A DNA stretch of 63,970 nt, counting the filler, from Atractiella rhizophila (taxonomy: Eukaryota), in NCBI GenBank assembly GCA_021432655.1. It is 11 parts of 8 records of this genome, joined end to end, with 100 filler letters (N's around TTAATTAATTAA, not from the genome) between each part and the next. Parts side by side here need not be neighbours in the genome. Positions count along the whole stretch, not along the records: positions 45,886 to 55,567 come from MU272105.1; positions 55,668 to 58,485 come from MU272109.1; positions 58,586 to 62,284 come from MU272109.1; positions 62,385 to 63,970 come from MU272220.1; 7 more parts are not named here. One strand, 5' to 3'. Position numbers and translations under genes: made by a program. The stretch's first letter is position 1. Every line of letters starts with the position of its first letter. A model generated the notes under the pieces. The model was given only the letters and a program-made list of their open reading frames with translations, did not search any database and was not told the DNA's origin. This document shows, in pieces, positions 51,824 through 63,970 of this stretch.

Positions 51824-54800
51824 ATGTCGACAGCCCAACAGCGCGACTTCCTCGCGTCCCTCCCCTCGAGTCTTGACAACATCTTCAGCGCTACCCAAAC
51901 CCAATCAACCTCCAAACCATCCAAACGACTGCTGATTACTCTCTCAAAGACGTTCAAGCAGTCCTGCGCCATAACGACCGTCCCCGATGGAGGGAACGAA
52001 AACAAGCGGGTGTCTCTGACAGGAGAACGAGGGTTCAGGGAAGCCCTTCAAGGACTCCTAGATAGAACACTTGATAAAAAACGCGGTCATTCTGGGGCGG
52101 AGAGAGTCGTAAGGTTCTGCGTGGAGTGGGTGGAATGGGAAGGGAAACAGAGTGCGTCTTCCCGTCTGTTCTCCTCAGGTCGGGATCCACAATGTTTACT
52201 GTGAGTGTGATCGCGGGCAGAGGAGGAGGGAAAGGAGAACCTCCAACAACCACTCCAACGCCTCGTATCTGCCTTGTTCAGGCATTATTGCAAAGGCTTC
52301 AAGGCAAAAGATAAAACTGTACGCTTCAGATGCGTGCAGATTGTCGCTGCGCTCCTCTCCAAGATCCAAGAACTCGAGTTCGTCATCAATTCCTCTAAAC
52401 CCTTTTAACTCGGTGCTCACGACAAGAACAGTGAAGAGGATCATTCTCTCCTCCTTCCACACCTATCCGCACGTCTACAAGATAAAGAACCCGCTGTAAG
52501 AGGCCAGGCAGTGTTAGGGTTGGCGAGATTGCAGGAAGAACTGGATGATGACGAAGGATTTGGAGAGTCGACAGAGGGAGAAGATGAGGAGGAAGAGGAA
52601 GAGGTTAGCGCGTCTCGATTGTTGGCGAGGACAATGAAGTATGATCCGTCAGCGTACGTCTTCTGCCCTCCCCTTCCTTGGAGCAGTACTGATAAATGTC
52701 ATTCCGCTACGTGAACAGCGAAGTCCGGCGTCTCGCGCTTCTTAACCTCTCCCTTTCGGCAGCCACCTTGCCCCCGCTCCTAAGCCGCCAACGCGACATG
52801 GACCCTTTGACGCGAAAAGCGCTTTACCGAATCGTCCTCAAAGAAATAGGCATCGTCAGCTTAGGAAGGCAGAGGGAAGGCGCGATTGAGAAGGGGCTGA
52901 AGGACAGGGAGGAGAACGTTAAGAAAGCAGCGAAGGAGTGGGTGTGTGCGAGTCTCCCGATCATAGTAGCCGGAGAAGGCAACGGGACGGAGGAGTTGTT
53001 GAAGGTACTCAAAGAGATGGATGTCATCACCAGTACGATGGCAAAGGACGTTTTAGAATGTTTATTCGAGGGAAGGCCTGAACTTATGGATGAGGTCGCG
53101 TTCGATGGTTCGTCTCCGTCTTTCTGTCTTGAGTTGGAACTCATTCGTGCTAGATGCATATTGGAACACCCTTACACCGGAGTCGGCTTTCCTTGTCCGC
53201 GTCTACCTGCTATGGTTACAGAAACAAAACGTGCGTTTCTTACTCTCGCCGTGCAACCTTTTTGTGTGGTAACATGGACGACAACAGGACGAAGCAAAAC
53301 TCTCTGTTCACATGCCAGAAATCACACCCCTCTCGCAACTCATCCAATCCAAATTTACCCAGCTTGGTAATCTGGTAGAAGCTATCGAGTCGAAGGACCC
53401 GGAAACTCTTGAGCAGGAGGCAGAGGACGAAGATGTTCAGAGTCTTATCAGGCTTGCTTTTGTGGAGAGGGAACTTTTGGCGATTGCAGTGAAGGAGGAC
53501 TACGCGGATGAAATTGGACGGAGGGCCATGTTTGCACTTATCCGTAGGTTACCCTTCAACTCCATCATTCCGTCGACGGCCTGACCGCGAATATTGATTA
53601 TGTGACCGCGAATATTGATTATGTGACCGCGAATATTGATTATGTGACCGCGAATATTGATTATGTGACCAACAGGTGATATGATCTCCAATCCTCTTCT
53701 CCCTCAGGACCTCCTCCCACCCGCTCTAGACGTGCTCTGCAAGATCTCCGCCAACGAACAAGACTTTATGCGGGTAGTTGTGGAGATCGTCCAGTCTCTT
53801 CGTGACGATGAAGAGGACTTCGACGATTCGAAGGATGCAGACGCGATGAGGGAAGATGATGACGACGACGAAGACGGAGGAGCTCAGCGGAGGGATCAGG
53901 CGAGAAAAGTAAAGAAAAACTTCGAGGTCCCAACGGAAGGGGACAGACTCGATATCCACATTAGGTGTCTAGGCATCTTTAGGGCTATGCTGGAGCGCGT
54001 GGAAGGGGCAAGTCTTCTCCTTCAAATCATAGAAAAGAGAGTATGTTAATTCGTCGTGGTACAGACACTACAAGACAACACATCTCTCCAAGGTCTCTTA
54101 CACGAGCTTGTCATTCCTTCCGTCAAATCCAAGGAACCAGCTGTGCGGTATGAAGGATTAATGTGTCTTGGACTTATCTGCCTCCTAGACAAGGTATACT
54201 TCCACATTTCTTCTGACTAAATGTAACTGAAGCATGGTGTTTGGCAAGAAAACCGCAATCGATGCATTCGGTCTCTTCACGCATCAGTCGCAAAATGCGG
54301 AAGGGGATCTCAGAATCAAGGTTCTTCAGACTATCTTCGACATACTCATGCTGCACGGTTTAAATTTTCTCTCTGAGAAAGGACATTCAGTTTGTCTCCC
54401 TGCTTCTCTTGTTCTCGGCCGCTGATTGCAGACTGCTGGTAGCCAGATCGCGTGATTGACTTCTTGCTTCATTCGCTTGACCAATCCGATCCCGAAGCGC
54501 AAGCCACCAGTGGCGTCGGTATCAGTAAGCTCATGCTGAGCGGCATGATTGCCGATGACGAGGTCTGTCGCTGTCTCCCTAAAGTGAAATCGATACACTA
54601 GGATTGATGATCGTTCCAGGTGCTCAAGAGTCTCGTCTTGATGTACTTTTCGCCAGAAACGGCAGGGAACCAACCACTGCGACAATGCCTCTCCTACTTT
54701 TTCCCCGTCTACTGCTTCTCATCCGCTGCACACCAGAGGAGGATGCAAAAGGTCTTCATGCCGTCTCTCGATATCCTGAATGGTGTATACGAAGATCTTG

Positions 54801-55567
54801 GTGACGAGGAAAGGCAAGACATGATCCCTCCGCCTCAGATTGCTGCACAGATGGTGGATTGGACTGATCCCAGAAGGGCCGTCACTCTGTGAGTTTCTGT
54901 TAAGCAAGTTTCTCCCACTTACAACATATCGATCCAGCGAGAATCTTGACCAGCCGACAGACGAGTTAGTGCACTACGATCTTTGTTTGGACATCATCAA
55001 ACAGATATACAAGGAATCCAAAAGTTTGTCCGATCCATCTCGAACGATTGCTGCTAAGTTATTTTGCAGAGGAACAGCGCAAACTGTTTTGCCAACTTCT
55101 TTCAAGGTTGTGGCTTCCAGACCAGTTGGACGAGTGGAAAGCCAAAGGCATGGCTATCTGGATATCTGACCTCAAAGATGTGAGATAAATGTCCTAGGCT
55201 ATCCCTGATCTATCCTCACCAGCTGTCAGCGACGACCGCTCGCTGATGCGGTTTCCAAAAACGCTATCAACAAGTTCGAGAAGAATTTGAAGGATAAATA
55301 TCCCAAAGAGCTCGCAGGCCTCGACGACGATGATCTTCATGTTGCGGAAGCATGGATTGAGATTCAAGCTGAAATCGAGCAACTGCGCCAACTAGCGCAA
55401 GAAAAGGATGCGACAGTTGTATCTAAGAAGGCGAAGTGAGAGTTGGTTATAGCTCGTTCCCGCACAACTTAACGCAACGATAGGTCAAAAGCTGGAGGCA
55501 GTAAATCTATGAAAGGGAAGAAAGGGAAGAAAAAGTCCTCATCAGAGGAGGAGGAAGACCTCGACCT
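51824..55567 (+). CDS. YCG1: Condensin subunit CAP-G (Cnd3/Ycg1), 3' end lost in gap
   Basis: KDKTVRFRCVQ, YDPSAEVRRLAL, GLKDREENV, DYADEIGRR, LRQCLSYFFPVY, MVDWTDPR. Confidence 0.94.
53582..53670. repeat. 21-bp perfect tandem repeat (4 copies plus a partial) in an intron
   Basis: TGACCGCGAATATTGATTATG units at 53582, 53603, 53624, 53645. Confidence 0.95.
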
Positions 55568-56092
55568 NNNNNNNNNNNNNNNNNNNNNNNNNNNNNNNNN
55601 NNNNNNNNNNNTTAATTAATTAANNNNNNNNNNNNNNNNNNNNNNNNNNNNNNNNNNNNNNNNNNNNGTATTTGCTCAGCTCATGGTTCCCGCAATAGGA
55701 TTGCCTGCCCAGTTACTTTTTCGGCAGGGTACAATCTTCTCCCGCTGTCGAAAGATCTCTTTCGCGGCTTAGTTGGAGGTAGAAAATTCCAAAAACGAGT
55801 GGTCGATCAAATTGTTAGTGATGTTAGACTTACTTACTCCTCGACCTTATCTCAATTGCTAGATTCACAAGCAAGTTGCGCAGCATTCCCGGCACACGGG
55901 AGACATTTAACCGGACTCAACTTCTCCCCAGATTCCCAGATTCCCCAGTCCTCAGAATAACTGTCAAACAGGAAAAGTTCTACTATAGATCATCTATAGA
56001 GTGCAGCTGTTTTTGGGTCAACCTGGTCATATCACAATTGTACGCCCAATCCATAAAACGTCGTCAATCCCCTAGTCCAAGAACGACCAACC

Positions 56093-58485
56093 ATGTCAGC
56101 TCTCATCCCCTCCGTTCGTTTGCACCTCGCGCAAACCGTGCTCGACCCACCGCTTCCAACTGTAGCGCCAGCAGACGACTTGCCTTACCTGTCTGCATCT
56201 ATTGTAGAGATTGTGGAGAATATTAAGACCGGGAAACCTGGATGGACCGCGCAAAGAGTTCTAGAGGCGTTCATCAGGAGCAGTAGGAGGGCACATGAGA
56301 GAACAAATTGTTTGGTGAGCTTTCCAGACTGTTGAACTCATGTCCATTTCTTTGTTCAGCACTGTATTTGTATTCCTCTGTGCAGTTTGCTCAGTTTCGA
56401 GTGGGAGATTTTGGGCTCCGAAACGAACTATTGGTGCTGATATTAGGTTCAAAATGAACAACAGTGGATACTTGACCGTTGACAGACTAGATGTAGTCTC
56501 CAGATGTGGGAGTGTTATGACGCTGTATAACGGACACTCGATTTCTTGCACCTGTTCTGAATAAAAGCTAATAACTTTACAGACAGGAACCCTCTACCCC
56601 GAGGCTCTCGCAGCTGCCAAAGCGCTCGACACAGCCTATCCTCCGGGAAGCGGACGTGTCAAAGGCCTGTTGCACGGTGTACCCATCTCGATCAAAGACC
56701 ATCTAGGCATTGCTGGCGGAGAGGGTACGATTGGCATTACGTCTTATATCGGCAAGAAGTTCGAGAGAGATGCTTTGATTGTCAAGGTGCTGAAGGAACA
56801 GGGAGCCGTGGTATATGTTAAAACGAACGTTCCACAGTAAGTCTGGATAGTCTTTTAGAACTGATGAGCTGCTGACGTTGACATGTGGAAAGGACGATGC
56901 TGGCTTTCGAATGCTCAAACCCCATTTTCGTACGTACACTTACTCAGAAAGGCACTTGGAAAACTGACGTTCGGTGATCGTAACAAAGGGTGCAACTACA
57001 AACCCCTACAATGGAGACCATACCTCTGGTGGTTCCTCTGGTGGTGAAGCCTCGTTGCTGGCGCAAGATGGCAGTGCTGCTGGAATCGGGTCAGCTTCTT
57101 TTATTGTATGAAATCCTGACTGTAACTGAGGAGAGAGCATAGGAGCGACGTTGGCGGAAGTCTTCGGATCCCAGCGCATTATTGGTAAGTTCATCGATAG
57201 CATTACTATTTGATTATTCTTACTACGCGTTTGATAGTGGAGTATACTCTCTCAAACCGTCGAAAGGGCGCTTCCCTCAATCGTCCTACTCCAATACCCC
57301 CGGCGCAGCAGGCTTTAATTCAGTCAATTCTGTGCTAGGCCCAATGGCACGCTCAGTGGACGACTTGGAAGTATTGACGAAGGTGGTAGTTGAAGCGATG
57401 GACCAGATGGAGGGAGGAAGAGAGCGAAAAATTGCAGGAGATACTTTCATTGCAATTCCATGGAGGAATACCGAGGAGAGGAAGTACCGTTTCGGTTATT
57501 GGAAGGAAGACGGTTTTGTGAAGGCGAGCCCTGCTTGTCAGAGAGCCGTGGGGATGACCGTGGACGCCTTGAGACAGAAAGGGTATGAATGCATTGAGGT
57601 GAGCCTCTCCACCATCCGCGAGAAACACGCTGAACTTGCTGCAGATCGATCCGAAAGATTACGGTGTTTCTTTTGCTATGCTCTCTACGTTTACAGGCGC
57701 TGAGTTTCATCCTAGTCTTCCGCGCGATGGAGATTTTTGCCGTCTACACGTCCGCTGACCGCTACAACACGCTCACGAGACCGCTGAAGAACGACAAGAG
57801 GGAGCGTTCAATGTTTCTCCCCCTTCTTTCTGCCCGACTGCCTTGGCTTTTGAAGGTCATGGTCAGCTGGCTCTTCCGCTATGCCTTAGGAGACCATATC
57901 ATGGCTACGCTTCTGCGATCAGGGGGACATAAGGATACAGAAGCCATTATGCGCTGGAATGTGAAGAAGTGAGGTCAAATACACTTCATCCAGACTCTTT
58001 TGCTGATGGGATAACAGGGCCGATTTTACACTTGAGATAAGAGAAAAAGTTCACCTTCATTGGTCTTCTGCGAAGGCAATTGCTGATTTTCGCATGTAGT
58101 GGTTTCAAGAGCTCAACCTTGACTTCATCATCTGTCCAACTCAAGCAACGCCAGCTATGGCACACGGAAAAACTTGGAATCTTTCTCCCCTAGCTGCAGC
58201 TACCATATTCTTCAATATCCTCGACTTCACTGTCGGGTGCCTGCCGGTCACGCGTGTTTCCTCCTCCCTCGACGCTCTACCGTCGACCTGGAAAGAGGAC
58301 CTGAAGGGCCGCGGAGCCCCCATCCTCCATGACGCTCTTTACAATCAGAAGGCGTATGATGCAAAGCAGATGGAGGGTTTGCCGGTTGGAATTCAGATTG
58401 CCGGGAGCAATTGGGAAGAGGAGGATGTGTTGAAGGCAATGAAGATTGTTGACGAGGCTTTGGGTAAGAGGGACTTTGGGAGGGG
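56093..58485 (+). CDS. Amidase-signature family protein (acetamidase/FAAH-like)
   Basis: LHGVPISIKD, KTNVPQ, GGSSGGE, GSDVGGSLRIPAHY, GLPVGIQI. Confidence 0.93.
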
Positions 58486-58585
58486 NNNNNNNNNNNNNNN
58501 NNNNNNNNNNNNNNNNNNNNNNNNNNNNNTTAATTAATTAANNNNNNNNNNNNNNNNNNNNNNNNNNNNNNNNNNNNNNNNNNNN

Positions 58586-59390
58586 CGAACGGCATCGCAC
58601 GCATGGCATCGAACCTGATGATTTTGCCAACTTGCTCATTACAAGTGGATTGGTTTTGGAGGACGAGGGAGTGGAATGGGTGAGCTTCCACAGGTGCGCA
58701 TTCTTTCGCCTCTCGCGACTTGACTGTTGACCTAATGCAATTGTGATAAAGTGGATACGATTTTGGGTACCTTCTCAAGACACTGACAGACGATGCGCTA
58801 CCCGATACCGAGGAAGGATTTTTCGAACTTATGCAAGTTTGGTTTCCGCGGATATGGGATATTAAGGTATCTTCTTTTCAGAATTCAGCAGAACATTCCT
58901 AAATGACACTGAGTAGTATGTCATGAAGTCGGTCAAAACACTCAAAGGCGGCCTTCAGGAGGTCGCAGATGATCTTGGTGTACGCCTTTCCTCTGTCTTC
59001 AACAATGAGAAGGCTAACGAAAGAACAGGTTCCTCGAATAGGCCCACAACATCAAGCAGGCTCCGATTCGCTTCTCACAGCGGGGACATTCTTTGCGATG
59101 AAGCGGCGATTTTTTGGTGACAATATAGACGACAGCTTACGGTTCGTGCTCCTTCTCTCTGCTGCTCTTCGTTTGCCAACGCGACGCTCTTGGATAGTGG
59201 TGTCCTCTTTGGCCTCAACCTCCTTCATCCAGAGCCTCGAGCCAACGGCGCCTTTTACTCAAGCACCCCGTACACCTCACACGCCTCCATTCCCGGCGCC
59301 ACACCAGGTCGAGAGCAAAGTGGTCCGCCTCTACCTGGAGCAGCGAGGTCAGCCATTCCTGCATTTCTTTCTTCTAAGTCCGAAAGATGA
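58586..59390 (+). CDS. POP2: CCR4-NOT deadenylase Caf1/Pop2, C-terminal part (3' end uncertain, possibly 59553)
   Basis: LITSGLVL, WVSFHSGYDFGYLLK, KGGLQEVADDL, HQAGSDSLLT. Confidence 0.93.
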
Positions 59391-59790
59391 CGATGGGATG
59401 CCCAACAGTGTGGCTATGATGAACAGCATCTGGCGGCCAGCTCGTGATAGCCCAGCTGGCATAATCGCAAATCCGCCGAGTAGAACAGATGTTCGAGACA
59501 AGGCAGCGGGAGATGGGAGCGCAAGTGAAGGTCCAATGAGTCCTGATCGCTGATGCGACGAAGATCTGTTTCTAGACGTATTGTGAGTTTGTCATGCGGG
59601 CGAAGTCGTGGGATGTTTAAAGTGTTCCGCTGTTGCGATTCCAGTGTCTATAACATATCAGCTATTCATTTCATTTCATTTGCTATTTTGTTTCAGTTCG
59701 GTTCAACAGGAACAAACTCAGACACAATCACAAAGTCTATTTGAAACCCATTCCTCCAAACTCTCCCCTCGCTCACCCTAGCAAATAAGA

Positions 59791-61669
<1,879 letters not shown>

Positions 61670-62099
61670 TTTGGTTGTGCTTGCGTTGAAATAGGGCTGT
61701 TTTGATGGTCGATGTTGGGTTGATGGTGGTAGATTTTTTTCAGCTGCACTTTTATCTGTTATCAGCGGGCGTGATTCGGCGATGATCGTGCAAGTGGGAT
61801 TCGGTTGGGGTTGGGGTTCATGATCTTTTTTATCATATCCGCTGTATTGTACGGAGGACAGAAAGAGGGAGTTGTGGCATCGTCTATGACAGTAATCGAT
61901 TTCATTGACAGTATTCAAACATCTTTTTCTTCAATTCTTGTTGAAATAAGGCGAGAATAAGGAGAAACGCAAGTGCAAGATGCGAGCGTAGGAGAAGAGA
62001 AGGGAGAACGAAGTCAAACAACGAGATAAAGGTGTCTATCGTATCGAATCTCAAAAGCCGTTCTCCTCCTCATCAACGCAATCGATCTCTCTATCTTCC

Positions 62100-62284
62100 T
62101 CAAGCAGCCGGAGCCGCCTCCTCAGCAGGCTTTTCCTCCGCTTCAGGCTTAGCTGTTACCCAACAAATCATCAATTCCAACGCAAACGCAAACGGAAATC
62201 ATGTTGTCACGTACCAGCCTCAGCGCCATCGCCCATGTCGCTCGTCCAGAGCGTAAGGTTGTCCCTCAAGAGCTGCATGATGAG
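62100..62284 (-). CDS. 14-3-3 protein, C-terminus only
   Basis: LIMQLLRDNLTLWTSD plus acidic tail. Confidence 0.93.
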
Positions 62285-62384
62285 NNNNNNNNNNNNNNNN
62301 NNNNNNNNNNNNNNNNNNNNNNNNNNNNTTAATTAATTAANNNNNNNNNNNNNNNNNNNNNNNNNNNNNNNNNNNNNNNNNNNN

Positions 62385-62733
62385 TGAACAGCGAAGGGTT
62401 GACTGGCGGAAACCATGCCTTTGGTAGAGAAGACGACGGAGCGTCTCGAGTTGAAAGCGATGTTTGGAGGAATCGATGATGTTGAACCTGAGGTTCATCA
62501 GAAATGATGGTGACAAAAGATCAATGAATATTACATGACTATATGAGACAGGAGGGCTTACCTGAGGTTCATCAGAAATGATGGTGACAAAAGATGAACC
62601 TCAGGTAAGGTGAGAATGCGAAGTAAACTACGGGAGCGGACGGAACAACAATACGAAATGCGGAAAGAGGCGTAAAGTGAAAGCAGATCAGCGAGAGTAA
62701 CAACGACAGTTCAACAGATGAAGGAGGAGCCAT
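62385..62733 (-). pseudogene. Gamma-glutamyltranspeptidase N-terminus disrupted by a solo LTR
   Basis: Removing the LTR and one TSD gives MAPPSSIPPNIAFNSRRSVVFSTKGMVSASQPFAV. Confidence 0.8.
62480..62716 (-). repeat. Solo LTR family C
   Basis: Reverse complement of 10928-11164, identical by eye; perfect GATGA TSD. Confidence 0.96.
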
Positions 62734-63905
62734 TGTGAGAGTTCCGTGCGACGGGGAATGAAAACGAAGCCTCAGATCGAGAGTTTCTGACGATGGGGTA
62801 TCAGGTGATACAGCCAGGTTGTCCTAGAGCTTGGATTGTAGTAGCAATAGGAGCAGATAGGCAGCGGCTCAAAGAGGAATCTACGATGGAAATGAAATCA
62901 TGCTACATAATTTCAAATGCTGATCAGAAGGCTCAATGTGTGAACCTTGTGCAGGAGTAACAGGAGTCCAAAGAGATGAGATGACAACAGAACTCATTCG
63001 CACAATCGCAGAGCTGTCTTAAGAGAGAGAAGTTACAATAAGGATGATTGCTGCCCGGAATGCTTACAATATGTCTCTAGTGCGGGTGCTCTGCAAGTCC
63101 TAACTTAACTTGAAGCGATTCATGAGATGGGATTATCTGATACGGCATACATCGGTTAGACTTTGAGGCAGTAGATTCTGCGCCGGCGAGACCGAAGACA
63201 TGCCATGGCACTGCTGCATAATGGTATGTATTAATCTGTAAGAACGATTTGATATCGAGTTCTTTCAAACCAATAATCCAGGAACGAGCAGTTTAAGATA
63301 GCATGGCGCAGTCGTCACTCAGGTGGTCATGGCTCACGTTTCTCGGCGTTTATTGTTTAAGGCAGTTTATTATTCCGAGAGAAAAGTCGATAAAAACGTC
63401 TTCACACTGTCAAGTCGAGTTTATGACGAAAGACAGTGGCCACTCTGTGATCTGGTGAGATAAATGTATGCGATACAACCTCTAAGGTATCTTGCTTAAA
63501 TCATCCAGGTTGACCAGATATCTCGAGTAACCCTCCCAACAGAACGCGCACCATGCTTTCTGACTCTCTCCTAAGTCAAGCCAGGCCCCCAGCTCGAGTT
63601 TCTGTTGCCATCCACACCTGCCAGTATCGTCCTTTCGTTATTCTATCTACATTTTACTTGGGTAAGTTACGACAAACAAAGCGCAAGAACAAACGTGTTA
63701 AAGTGTTGTTGTTCACGTCCATAGAAACCTAAATATTCGGAACCTTACCCCAGCTAGCCACCTTTGTGCTTCCAACCAACGAAGTCAAGTCAGTCAGAAG
63801 TCACTCAAAGGGAAAGGTATAAAAGCCTCCTTTCCTCCTCAAATTCCCACTCACACACAAATTACCAGTTTCCACAAATTTTCTTACCCTACCTTTCTTC
63901 CCAAA

Positions 63906-63970
63906 ATGGTCAATCTTACTACGTATGTGCAAGCACCGTCCTTCAATGGTCGCCCCTAACGTGTCCCTTT
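63906..63970 (+). CDS. Probable start of an unidentified gene
   Basis: TATAAAA at 63818, C/A-rich leader, AAAATG GTC AAT CTT, then a GTATGT donor. Confidence 0.45.

Overview
Eukaryotic, intron-rich fungal DNA, most likely a basidiomycete (DUF6534-type, CPL1-like and fungal-kinase genes; ~45-80 nt GT-AG introns with frequent GTGCG/GTTCG/GTACG donors). It is about 11 unrelated contigs joined by artificial N44-TTAATTAATTAA-N44 linkers, so adjacency across linkers is not synteny. Housekeeping genes: C1-THF synthase, PRXL2-type redoxin, NDUFA11, Bap31, Voa1-like, RFC5, Cus2/Tat-SF1, Ycg1, Caf1, enolase, 14-3-3. Accessory genes: GH5, SnoaL-like, MBL, FunK1, Lnt-like, CPL1-like, Crinkler header, amidase, GGT. 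There are also Ty1/copia and Ty3/gypsy relics. Main observation: four, possibly five, different LTR families share one design: a hairpin ending at or over a 5' splice site, then a short GT-AG intron whose 3' end is a direct repeat of the exon just upstream. Precisely intron-less copies of one family are also present. This suggests a conditionally spliced, self-restoring LTR intron. Three oversized structured introns (994, 289, 268 nt) and one structured intergenic tract are candidate ncRNAs. All family calls come from motif recognition by eye, not database searches.
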